DNA of 64,000 nt from an uncultured Planctomycetota bacterium (lineage in GTDB: Bacteria; Planctomycetota; Planctomycetia; Isosphaerales; Isosphaeraceae). This document shows, in pieces, positions 30,952-39,700 of the stretch; position 1 is the stretch's first letter, and each line of letters starts with the position of its first letter. The stretch is from the NCBI GenBank assembly GCA_963737655.1, contig CAVTTN010000002.1, positions 1,824,001 through 1,888,000 of the forward strand, read 5' to 3'. The position numbers and the translations under genes are program-made. The notes under the pieces are model-generated. The model was not told the DNA's origin, did no database searches, and saw only the letters and a list, made by a program, of their open reading frames with translations.

Positions 30952-33900
30952 ATGACTGCGATGTCCCCCCCGCAAGCGAACTCCCGCCAGACCCCGGCCG
31001 ACCCCTCGACGGGTCCGCGACGACGGGAGGCGGCCCGTCGTCGCGCGAAGAAGCTCATGTTCGAGGTGCTCGAAGGCCGGGTGATGCTCGACGGCGACCT
31101 CGCCTCGGCCCAGCAGGCGTACAACCAGGCGATGACTCAGGCCGCCAGCGACGAGCAAGCGGCCAACGACGCCCGGAACGCCGCCGTGGCCGCCGCTCAG
31201 ACCGCCCTGGACGGCGTGACCCAGCAGGCCAACGCCGCGTGGTCGGCGAGCGAGGCCGACGCCTGGTCCACGTATCAGAGCGTCGTCAGCGCCGCCGACT
31301 CGACCTACTGGAGCGCGGTGAATCCGGCGTGGTCGGCCTATCAGGACGTCCTGAACAACGCCCAGACGGCCTACAACGCGGCGGCCTCGGCGGCCGACGG
31401 CAAGCAGTCGGCGGCCAACGCCTCGGCCGAGGCGGACTACCAGCAGGCCCAGACCGACGCCCAGGCGACGTACGACGCGGCGGTGGCCTCGGCCGACTCC
31501 ACGTACAACGACGCCTCGGCCGCGGCGCAAGCGGCCTTCGCCGTGGCCTCGGCGGCGGCCGACGCCACGCGAGACCAGGCCGAGGCCACGGCCCAGGCGA
31601 CCTCCGATGCCGCCGTGGCGGCGGCCAACACGGTCTACCAGGCCGCGAGCGACGGCGCGTTCGCGAGCTATCAGGCGACCGTCGCGGCCCTCCAGGCGAC
31701 GATGGACGGCGCGATCGCCGCGCTCGGGGTCACGCGAGACGCGGCGGTGGCCGCCGCGGGCTCGGCCCACTCCGCGACGATGGCGACGGCCCAGGCGGCC
31801 CACGATTCGGCGGTGGCGACGGCCCAGGCCGGCTTCGACGCCGCCCAGACCGCCGCCGGGACGGCCCGCGACTCCGCCAACGCCGCCGCGGAGGCCACCT
31901 ACAACGACGCGCTCGCCCAGGCCGCGAACCAGTACGCCGCCGGGGCCCAGGACCAGGGCCAGACCGCCCCGCTGAACCTCGACGCCGACCCCGGCTATCA
32001 GAACGCCGTGAACGCGGCGGCGGCCGCCTACAACGCGGCCGTGGCCGCCTCCGACGCGACCTACAACGCCGCGATCGACGCCGCATCGAGCGTCTACAAC
32101 GCCGCCACCGCCGCCGCCGACGCGGCCAATCAGGCCGCCTCCGACGCCGCCGAGGCCGCCTATCAATCGGCCTCCGACGCGGCCCAGGCGGCGTATAATT
32201 CGGCCTCTCAGGCGGCCCAGGCGGCCCACGACTCGCAGTATGTCGCCGCCGAATCGGCCTACGCGGCCCAGGCTCAGGCCGCCCAGAACGCCTATACGGC
32301 GGCCGTCGCCCAGGCCGATTCCGCCTACGACGCCGCCTCCGCCTCGGCCCAGGCCACCCACGACTCCGCCTATCAGGCCGCCAACGACGCCTACAACAAC
32401 GCCTTGCAGGCCCATCAGGCCACCTACAACGCCGCCGTCGCGGCGGCCGACGCCACCCAGAGCGCCGCCTACCAGGCCGCCCAGTCCACCTATGACGCCG
32501 CCGTCCAGGCCGCGAGCGACGCCTACGACTCGGCCGCTCAATCGGCCGACGACGCGTACAACTCCGCGGTCCAGGCCGACACCGACGCCACCAACGCCCA
32601 GATCCAGGGCTATCTCGACTCGCTCAATGGAACGGTCCAGTCCGCCGATGCCGCCCGGACGGTCTCGCTCAACGCCGCGGCGGCCACCTACAGCTCCGCC
32701 TCCCAGGCCGCCAACAACGCGTATAACGACGCCGTGGCCGGCTTCAACCAGACCCGTTCCGATGCCGACAACGCCGCCAGCCAGGCGTACAGCAACACCA
32801 TGAAGGGCGCCAACGACGCCCTGAACAACGCGCAAAACGCCTTCTACCAGGCGATGAGCAACATCGAGATGGCCCAGATGCAGTGGTACTACTCGCATCC
32901 CAACGGAGGCACCCCGCCCGATTACAGCGCCCAGATGCAAGCGGCCACCGACGCCTTCAACGCGGCGAAGAAGCAATATGCCGTGACCGAGGCGCAAGCG
33001 GAAGTCACCCTGGCCCAGGCCACCGGCGCCGATGCCGTCGCGTTCGTCACGTCGGAGCAAGGCGCGGCCGTCACCCGGATCACGGCCCTGGCCAACGCCG
33101 GGAAGGACCAGGCGATCGCCGGGGCCCAGGCGAACAAGACGTATGTGGACGCGGTGGCCCCGGCCGTGGCCGACTTCCGGGCCCAGCAGGCCCACGCCAA
33201 CGCCGATCTCACGCAAGAGGTGGCCGACCAGCGGGTCGATCTCGCCCAGGCGATCGCCTCGGCCCTGAAGACCTTCCGCAACACGACGGCCGACGCCGCC
33301 GAGACCCAGGCCAACGCCAACGCGGCCGCCGACAAGGCCTGGACCCTGTCCGAGGCCTCGGCCATGGAGGCCATGAACAACGCCGACGCCGCCTCGGCCG
33401 AGACCCTGGCCAACGCCCAGGCCGACGCCGACGGTGCCCTCGACAACGCCCTGGCGCAAGCCGATGCCGCGTGGGTGGCGTCCGAGGCCTCGGCCGCGAC
33501 CACATTGGAGAACGCCCAGGCCCAGGCCGACCTGACCCGGACCACGGCCGAGGCCAACGCCGATGCCGCCCTGACCACGGCCCAATCCAACGCCGGGGCG
33601 GCGGAGGTCGCGGCCCTGGCCACGGCGGGAGTGGCGTGGTCCACCGCCCAGGCCTCGGCCGATCGGGCGTGGGTGGCCTCGGTGGTCTCGGCCAACACGG
33701 CGTTCGCCTCCTCGGCGATCGCGGCGGCCGTGGCCTCGGCCTCGGCGGAAACCAACGCCTGGGCGGCCGAGCAGAACGCCGAGGCCTCGGCCGTGGTGGC
33801 GTCCGCCTCCGCCTGGGCCGGCGCCCAGGGGACGCATTACGCGGGCTACTTGCTCGCTCAGATCCACGCCTGGGCGGCCGGGGTCTCGGCCCAGGTCGCC

Positions 33901-35424
33901 GCCGAGGTCACCTACGAGACGGCCGTCGATGCCGCCTGGGCGACCCAGCAGATGTCCGACGCGACGGCCGACGGCGCCCTGGACAACGCCCAGGCCGCCG
34001 CCGACTTCGCCCAGACCGTGGCCGTGAGCGCCGCGGAGGCGGCGTTCGACTCCGCCCAGGCCGTGGCGCAAGCGGCGTTCGACTCGGGAGAGGCCGCCGC
34101 GTGGGCCGCCGAGACGACCGCCGAGGGGGTCGCCGGGGTCGCCTGGACGGCCGCCGCCGCCTCGGCCCAGGCCGCTCTCAAGAACGCCGTGGCCGCCGCC
34201 GAGGTCGCCCACACCGCGGCCCTGGTCTCCGCGGGCAAGGCCCAGGTCTCGGCGCTGGCCTCGGCCAATACCGCCTGGGCCCGGAGCGAGGCGTCGGCCG
34301 ATTCCGCCTTCAAGAGGACGATGGCCGACGCCGCCTCGCAGTGGGTCGCCGCCGGGGCCGCCGCCGCCAAGGACTGGGCCAAGGCGATCGCCGACGCCGC
34401 CAAGACCTGGTCCGACACCGTCTGGCCCGGCTGGGCCACCTACGTCGACGCCCAGGCCCACGCCGCCGCCGACTGGACCGATTCGGTCGTCCACGGTTAC
34501 GCCGATTATCAGAAGGGCGTCGCCGGGGCCGGCGTCACGTTCGTCCAGACCGTGGCCCCCGCGCAGGTCACCTACGCCACGGCGGTGGCCAACGCCGACA
34601 AGACGTTCAACATCGCCATGGCGAACATCACCGTCACGCGCACCGTGGCCGGCGCCGAGTTGAACGTGGCCCAGGTCGAGGCGCAAGACCCCTCGGCCTT
34701 CGCCTCGATCACCCCGACCGGAGGCGGGGGCGGCTGGTTCTCGGGGATCATGAGCTACCTCGGAGGGCTGGCCGGCGGCCTCCTGATCGGCGGGGCGATC
34801 GTCATCGGCCTGGCCGTCCTGGCCTGTTACATGCCGGTGGCCGCCGCCGTGGCGGGGATCGGTCTGCTGGTCGTCCTCGGCGCCAACATCGTGGCCGGGG
34901 CGATGGAGCGCTACGCCGACGGCCAGGGCCTCGGGAGCTCGGTCTTCGGCTCGGTGGCCGACAACACCGGGATCGGCGGGGCGTATGCCGCCGCGACCGG
35001 CCGGGACATCGCCACCGGACAGGACCTGGGCCTCAGCAGCGACCAGCGGGCGGCCCTGGGCGGCCAGGCCACGGCCGACCTCATCCTGGCCCTCTTCGGC
35101 GGCCGGTTCAAGTTCTGCTTCGTCGCCGGGACTCAGGTGCTCATGGGCGAGGACGACGGCTCGCTCGCCTCGACGACCGAAGACGCCGCCGCGCCCCCGA
35201 TCGACGAGGACGCGACCGACCCCGAGGTCATCGTCCTGAGCCTCGCCGGCCTGTCCCTGGCGTATGGGGCCTATCGGTGGTCCCGGGCCCGGCGTCAGGC
35301 CGAGCGCCGCCGCCGCCTCCGGGCGATCGACGCCGCTCTGAACGACGAGGATTCCCTCGACGACGAGTTCTCGTTCGAGGAGGCCGAGGACGAGCGGTTC
35401 GTCCCGGAACTCCAGGTCGCCTGA
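30952..35424 (+). CDS. Giant Ala-rich polymorphic-toxin carrier: Planctomycete LExR export motif, hendecad helical stalk, hydrophobic pre-toxin segment, Hint N-fragment (CFVAGTQVL), C-terminal TM anchor
   Basis: RRRAKKLMFEVLEGRVML; 11-residue AYxAAxxAAxA periodicity; GGLAGGLLIGG hydrophobic hairpin; CFVAGTQVLMG at 35116; TM VIVLSLAGLSLAYGAY followed by an Arg cluster. Confidence 0.85.
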   Translation: MTAMSPPQANSRQTPADPSTGPRRREAARRRAKKLMFEVLEGRVMLDGDLASAQQAYNQAMTQAASDEQAANDARNAAVAAAQTALDGVTQQANAAWSASEADAWSTYQSVVSAADSTYWSAVNPAWSAYQDVLNNAQTAYNAAASAADGKQSAANASAEADYQQAQTDAQATYDAAVASADSTYNDASAAAQAAFAVASAAADATRDQAEATAQATSDAAVAAANTVYQAASDGAFASYQATVAALQATMDGAIAALGVTRDAAVAAAGSAHSATMATAQAAHDSAVATAQAGFDAAQTAAGTARDSANAAAEATYNDALAQAANQYAAGAQDQGQTAPLNLDADPGYQNAVNAAAAAYNAAVAASDATYNAAIDAASSVYNAATAAADAANQAASDAAEAAYQSASDAAQAAYNSASQAAQAAHDSQYVAAESAYAAQAQAAQNAYTAAVAQADSAYDAASASAQATHDSAYQAANDAYNNALQAHQATYNAAVAAADATQSAAYQAAQSTYDAAVQAASDAYDSAAQSADDAYNSAVQADTDATNAQIQGYLDSLNGTVQSADAARTVSLNAAAATYSSASQAANNAYNDAVAGFNQTRSDADNAASQAYSNTMKGANDALNNAQNAFYQAMSNIEMAQMQWYYSHPNGGTPPDYSAQMQAATDAFNAAKKQYAVTEAQAEVTLAQATGADAVAFVTSEQGAAVTRITALANAGKDQAIAGAQANKTYVDAVAPAVADFRAQQAHANADLTQEVADQRVDLAQAIASALKTFRNTTADAAETQANANAAADKAWTLSEASAMEAMNNADAASAETLANAQADADGALDNALAQADAAWVASEASAATTLENAQAQADLTRTTAEANADAALTTAQSNAGAAEVAALATAGVAWSTAQASADRAWVASVVSANTAFASSAIAAAVASASAETNAWAAEQNAEASAVVASASAWAGAQGTHYAGYLLAQIHAWAAGVSAQVAAEVTYETAVDAAWATQQMSDATADGALDNAQAAADFAQTVAVSAAEAAFDSAQAVAQAAFDSGEAAAWAAETTAEGVAGVAWTAAAASAQAALKNAVAAAEVAHTAALVSAGKAQVSALASANTAWARSEASADSAFKRTMADAASQWVAAGAAAAKDWAKAIADAAKTWSDTVWPGWATYVDAQAHAAADWTDSVVHGYADYQKGVAGAGVTFVQTVAPAQVTYATAVANADKTFNIAMANITVTRTVAGAELNVAQVEAQDPSAFASITPTGGGGGWFSGIMSYLGGLAGGLLIGGAIVIGLAVLACYMPVAAAVAGIGLLVVLGANIVAGAMERYADGQGLGSSVFGSVADNTGIGGAYAAATGRDIATGQDLGLSSDQRAALGGQATADLILALFGGRFKFCFVAGTQVLMGEDDGSLASTTEDAAAPPIDEDATDPEVIVLSLAGLSLAYGAYRWSRARRQAERRRRLRAIDAALNDEDSLDDEFSFEEAEDERFVPELQVA

Positions 35425-35531
35425 GACCCCCGACCTCGAAGGGCCGGCGCCGGAATTCCCGGCGTCGGCCCGCCCCGAGGCCGAGCCCGGCCCCGGACCG
35501 GAACTCCCCCCAAACCGCCGAGGAACCGACC

Positions 35532-36434
35532 ATGAACCGAACCGAAACGGCCCCGAAAGGGCCCCGATTCTGGACGGCCTGGACCCTCTCCTGGGCCGCC
35601 GTCTTCGGCCTGGCCCTCGCCCACCTCGCCTGGCGACACGGCGACAGGACGGCCGACCGCCCGGCCCTCGCCCGGCTCTCCTCGCCCGTCCCGACCCCTT
35701 CGAAAAAGACCAAATCCATCGAAACCATCGCGCCGGGCGATCGCGTCCTGGCCCGCAACGACGTGACCGGCGAAGTGGCGCCCCGACGGGTCGCCCAGGT
35801 CTTCCGCAACACGGCCGACCACCTGAGGACGGTCCGCATCCGCTCCGATTCCGGCACCGTTCAGGAGCTGAAGACGACCGACGACCACCCGTTCTTCGTC
35901 GTGGGCCGGGGCTGGGTCCTGGCCAGGTCGCTGGAACCCGGAAACAAGGTCCTTCAGCCCGACGGCCGCGAGGCGGAGGTCGATTCGACGTCGCGAGAGG
36001 CGCATCCGGAGGGCGTCGCCGTCTTCAACTTCGAGGTCGCCGAGTTCCACACCTATTTCGTGGCCGAGACGGCCAACGATCCGTTCGTCCTCGTCCACAA
36101 CGACTGCGTGGCCCGCGCCGAGGCCGCCGCCGCCCGTCACGGCGGAACACGGATGCCCGGGACCGACAACTGGAGCTTCCCGACCCGAAGGGCGGCCCGG
36201 CAAGCGGCGTCGGAGATCGCCGGCAACCTCGGCTCCGATCCCGTCCCGATCCGCATGAGGGACTTCCGGGGCAAGCCTCCCGGGTTCAACCCCAACTCGG
36301 AGATGGTCCACGGCCAGAAGAGCGCCGACGGCTCGATCCTCTGGCGGGACGACTTCCTCGGCCATCCCCGGTTCGGCGCCGGGCCTCACGTGAACGTGGA
36401 GATCGACGGGCACAACTTCCACCTGTTCTACTGA
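35532..36434 (+). CDS. Cassette 1: N-terminal TM + Hint C-fragment + His-rich nuclease/RNase-type toxin
   Basis: GAGGAA RBS; TM FWTAWTLSWAAVFGLALAHLAW; KSIETIAPGDRV...TTDDHPFFV..GW..FNFEV..HTYFV..VLVHN; toxin RRAARQAA..WRDD..GH..GPHVNV..HLFY. Confidence 0.88.
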   Translation: MNRTETAPKGPRFWTAWTLSWAAVFGLALAHLAWRHGDRTADRPALARLSSPVPTPSKKTKSIETIAPGDRVLARNDVTGEVAPRRVAQVFRNTADHLRTVRIRSDSGTVQELKTTDDHPFFVVGRGWVLARSLEPGNKVLQPDGREAEVDSTSREAHPEGVAVFNFEVAEFHTYFVAETANDPFVLVHNDCVARAEAAAARHGGTRMPGTDNWSFPTRRAARQAASEIAGNLGSDPVPIRMRDFRGKPPGFNPNSEMVHGQKSADGSILWRDDFLGHPRFGAGPHVNVEIDGHNFHLFY

Positions 36435-36512
36435 GGCGAAGCGGGCGAGGCCGGGGGCCCGACACTCGGCTCCTGGCCCGCCGGATTCGATCCGGATCGG
36501 GGAGGTTCGGTC

Positions 36513-36887
36513 GTGAAGGCATTCTGGCGGTACGACTGCGACTTCGGCCATCACTGGACCTTCTACCGAGACCTCGACGCCCCGGAGAGGCCCGAGGACA
36601 CGGTCTGTCCGTTCGGCCACGAGGCCGTGACACGGACCCGAGAGCCGGTGGTCGATCGGGTCGAGATCGCGTTCCGTCCCGGGGCGCGGGTGGTCGATTC
36701 GGTCAAGGGTCAGATCGGCCACGAATACGATTTCCACCTCGTCCTGACCGATCCGAGGACCGGCGAAACGAGGATGTCGCTCCGGCCCGTCCCCTGGACC
36801 GAGGCCCTGAGACACGCCCAGGCCCTGTACGATCGCGGCTTGACCCGCGATCGCTCGTGGGCCTACTTCGACAAGCACCTGTCCTGA
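36513..36887 (+). CDS. Candidate immunity protein for cassette 1
   Basis: 124 aa directly after the toxin; GGAGG RBS; C-x3-H and C-x3-H motifs. Confidence 0.65.
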   Translation: MKAFWRYDCDFGHHWTFYRDLDAPERPEDTVCPFGHEAVTRTREPVVDRVEIAFRPGARVVDSVKGQIGHEYDFHLVLTDPRTGETRMSLRPVPWTEALRHAQALYDRGLTRDRSWAYFDKHLS

Positions 36888-36962
36888 GCGGGCCGGTCCG
36901 CCCGGCCGATCCACCTCACCCCCCATCGCTCGGGCGTGTCTCCGCCCGAGGAGGAGGTCTTC

Positions 36963-37912
36963 ATGATCGGTGAGATTCCGCGAGACGACCCCGCGAACGA
37001 TCCCCGGCCCGCGCGATCGGCCCGGTTCTGGGCCCTCTGGACGATGGCCTCGGCGACCGTGGTCCTTGGGGTCATGGCGACGAGGGGGGCTTCCCCTCCG
37101 AAGCCCGAGAGGCCCGCCGGACCGGTCTGGCGGCCGATCTCCGTCACGGCCGAGCCCGCCCGGCGCTCGAGGTCGATCGAAGAGGTGAAGGTCGGCGACC
37201 TGGTGATGAGCCGGGACGACGCGACCGGCGCCGTGGTCCCGAAGCGGGTCGTTCGCCTGTTCCGCAACACCTCGGACCACCTCCGGCTGGTCCGGGTCCG
37301 GGCCGGGTCCGGCGCCGAGCAGACGATCGAGACGACCGACGACCACCCGTTCTTCGTCGTCGGCCACGGCTGGTCGGCGGCCAGGGACCTTGTTCCCGGA
37401 GACCGCCTGACCCAGCCCGACGGCGAGATGGCCGAGGTCGCCGCGACCGAGAGGCGGGATCATCCCGAGGGCGTCCCGGTCTTCAACTTCGAGGTCGAAG
37501 GGACGCACAATTACTTCGTGGCGCGATCGCCCGACGATGCGTTCGTCCTCGCCCATAACGAGTGCATCCGGGTCAAGCCGGGCCGGCAGGCCCCGGGCCA
37601 CGAGTTCCGGATCAGCCCCGATGAGCTGAATTTCGTCAAGAACTTGCTCGCGAGGAACCGCAAGCCCAACCTGGAGGTCTATCGGACGAACCAGACCGAG
37701 AGGATGGGCGACTTCATCGTGATCGATCGTTCCAATCCCAGCAAACCCGTCGGCTGGGTCGTGGACGTGAAGATGGGCGGAGGGGCGCGGGCAACCAGCT
37801 GGAGAACGCCGCGAGGGCCAAGCAGATGTTCGGCCTCGACCAGCTCAAGACGGCCTCGGGGACCGCCGCCGACCTGATCCGCCAGCTCGGGATCGGCCGG
37901 GGGCAATGGTGA
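36963..37912 (+). CDS. Cassette 2: N-terminal TM + Hint C-fragment + PD-(D/E)xK-like nuclease toxin, apparent frameshift at 37782-37785
   Basis: GAGGAGG RBS; TM FWALWTMASATVVLGVMA; RSIEEVKVGDLV...TTDDHPFFV...VLAHN; toxin GDFIVID...VVDVK; adding one G gives AGNQLENA...W* ending at 37912. Confidence 0.85.
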
Positions 37913-37916
37913 CGCG

Positions 37917-39071
37917 ATGACCGGAGATTCGACGCGATGGCGGATCGCCGACGGAGGGCCGGCGATCCCCGAACCTTCCTCCGAGGAGGTGGCCCGGATG
38001 CTCGGGTCGGCCGAGGCCCGGCCTTCGGGCGATCGGCCCTGGGCGATCGTCCGCTCTCCGGACGACGCACCCCGTCTCCTCGCCCGCGACGACGCCGATC
38101 GGTTCGTGGCCGGGTTCTGGTCCGCGTCCGGTCGGCTCTTCCTCGCGGCCTCGCCGATCGGCGGAGGGCCCGGGTCCGTTCTCAGCGAATGGGTCCCGGA
38201 CGGCTCGTGGCGACCGGCTCTCTCCCTGGCCGGGGAGGTCCTGGGAGTCGCCACCCCGCCGGGCGGCAAGGGACCGGCCGTCACGGTCCTCGAACCCGAT
38301 CGGAAGCGGCTGGCGCTGGTCGGCCTCGACGGCTTACCGATCGCGTCCATCTCGCTCGGGTCGCCGGCCCGGGAGAGGGCCTGGGCGGCCTCCGGGACGG
38401 CCGTTCGTTCGGAGGACGGCACGCTTGCGGTCTTCGACGCCGGGCTCGCCCCCCTTGGCACGCCGTTCCGGTTCCGCAAGAGACTTGATGAACTGGCCCT
38501 CGCGCCGGGGCCTGATCACGTCTTTGGGTTTGGTCGCGATCCGGGGGTCTGGTCGGTCGATCTCCCGGCAGGGGAGCCCTGGTCCGTCGGGCGCGAGGGC
38601 CTCGCCACCCGCGCCGTGATCCCTCTGGGCCTCGGAGGGGCCGTTTGCGGATGGGAAGATGGCGCGGTCACGCGGTTCGATGCGTCGTCGCGACAGGTCC
38701 TCTGGACGACCGAGGCCGAGCCCGGGTGCCAATCCCTGGTGATCGACGTGGCCATCGGGACCGGGCGGGTCGTCTCGGGCTCGTCCTCGGGAAAAGTCCG
38801 AGCCCTCGACCTCCTCGGCGGAGCGGGGCGCTGGGAGATCGACGTGGGGACGGGCACGGTCGAGCACGTCCTGATCCTGGGCGGATGGGTGATCGCGGCC
38901 GGGGCGAACGAAGTCCTCTCCGTCCTGGATCTGGCCTCGGGCGAGGCCCGGGCCCACCTCTTCGGCCACCGGCACCGGATCACCCACTTGACTCCTTCGG
39001 CCCTCGGATCCGGGTTCATCTCCGCCGACAAGACGGGCCGAATCCTCGCCTGGGACCTCGCCGGGGGATGA
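37917..39071 (+). CDS. WD40/PQQ-like beta-propeller protein, candidate immunity for cassette 2
   Basis: GHRHRITHL...SADKTGRILAWD and SGSSSGKVRALD repeats; starts 4 nt after the corrected toxin stop. Confidence 0.7.
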   Translation: MTGDSTRWRIADGGPAIPEPSSEEVARMLGSAEARPSGDRPWAIVRSPDDAPRLLARDDADRFVAGFWSASGRLFLAASPIGGGPGSVLSEWVPDGSWRPALSLAGEVLGVATPPGGKGPAVTVLEPDRKRLALVGLDGLPIASISLGSPARERAWAASGTAVRSEDGTLAVFDAGLAPLGTPFRFRKRLDELALAPGPDHVFGFGRDPGVWSVDLPAGEPWSVGREGLATRAVIPLGLGGAVCGWEDGAVTRFDASSRQVLWTTEAEPGCQSLVIDVAIGTGRVVSGSSSGKVRALDLLGGAGRWEIDVGTGTVEHVLILGGWVIAAGANEVLSVLDLASGEARAHLFGHRHRITHLTPSALGSGFISADKTGRILAWDLAGG

Positions 39072-39099
39072 CTCCTCCCGAGGGAATCCCCGGCCTCTT

Positions 39100-39663
39100 C
39101 TAGAATTCGATCCCGAGTTGCGCCTTCACCCCCGATTTGTACGGATGTTTCACCGCGACGATCTCCGAGACGAGGTCGGCGGCCTCGATGATCTCGGGAG
39201 GCGCGCCTCGGCCGGTCAGGACGACGTGTTGCCTCGGGTCTCGGGCCTGGAGGAACTCGACGACGAGCTTCGGGTCGAGGTAGCCGAGCTTCATCACGAC
39301 GTTGATCTCGTCGAGGATCACCACGTCATACTTCCCCGAGGCGATCGCCTCCTTGCTGACCTCCCAGATCGCCAGGGTGGTGGCGATGTCCTGCTCGGGG
39401 TTCTTGGTGTCCCAGGTGAAGCCGTCGCCCATGGGCAAGATCGTGATGTCGGGCGCGAGCCGATCGGCCATCTTCTTCTCGCCGGTCTTCCACTTCCCCT
39501 TGATGTACTGGACCATGAAGACCTTGAAGCCGACGCCCAGGGCGCGGAACGCCAGCCCGAGCGCGGCGGTCGTCTTCCCCTTGCCATCGCCGGTGTTCAC
39601 CAGGATCAGGCCCCTCCGCCTCTTGGGCTCCGGGGCGGGCGGCTCGTCGTTCAGTTCGGCCAT
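39100..39663 (-). CDS. cobO: Cob(I)yrinic acid a,c-diamide adenosyltransferase
   Basis: TGDGKGKTTAALG, GFTW, ILDE, VLTGR, KHPY..G..AQ.GIEF. Confidence 0.96.
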   Translation of the reverse strand: MAELNDEPPAPEPKRRRGLILVNTGDGKGKTTAALGLAFRALGVGFKVFMVQYIKGKWKTGEKKMADRLAPDITILPMGDGFTWDTKNPEQDIATTLAIWEVSKEAIASGKYDVVILDEINVVMKLGYLDPKLVVEFLQARDPRQHVVLTGRGAPPEIIEAADLVSEIVAVKHPYKSGVKAQLGIEF

Positions 39664-39700
39664 CGGGGCACCTCGTCGGGCGGGAAGGGAAGGAAGGGTC

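Noticed and set aside
30760..34686. 1308-aa antisense ORF and the upstream part of ORF 32883-36434
   Set aside because: Shadow frames of the GCC-rich carrier gene; the real cassette starts at 35532.
35424..35532. Carrier and cassette 1 as a single frameshifted gene
   Set aside because: Not excluded but disfavoured: it needs a ~190-aa two-TM insert inside Hint, cassette 1 has its own RBS, and cassette 2 repeats the standalone layout.
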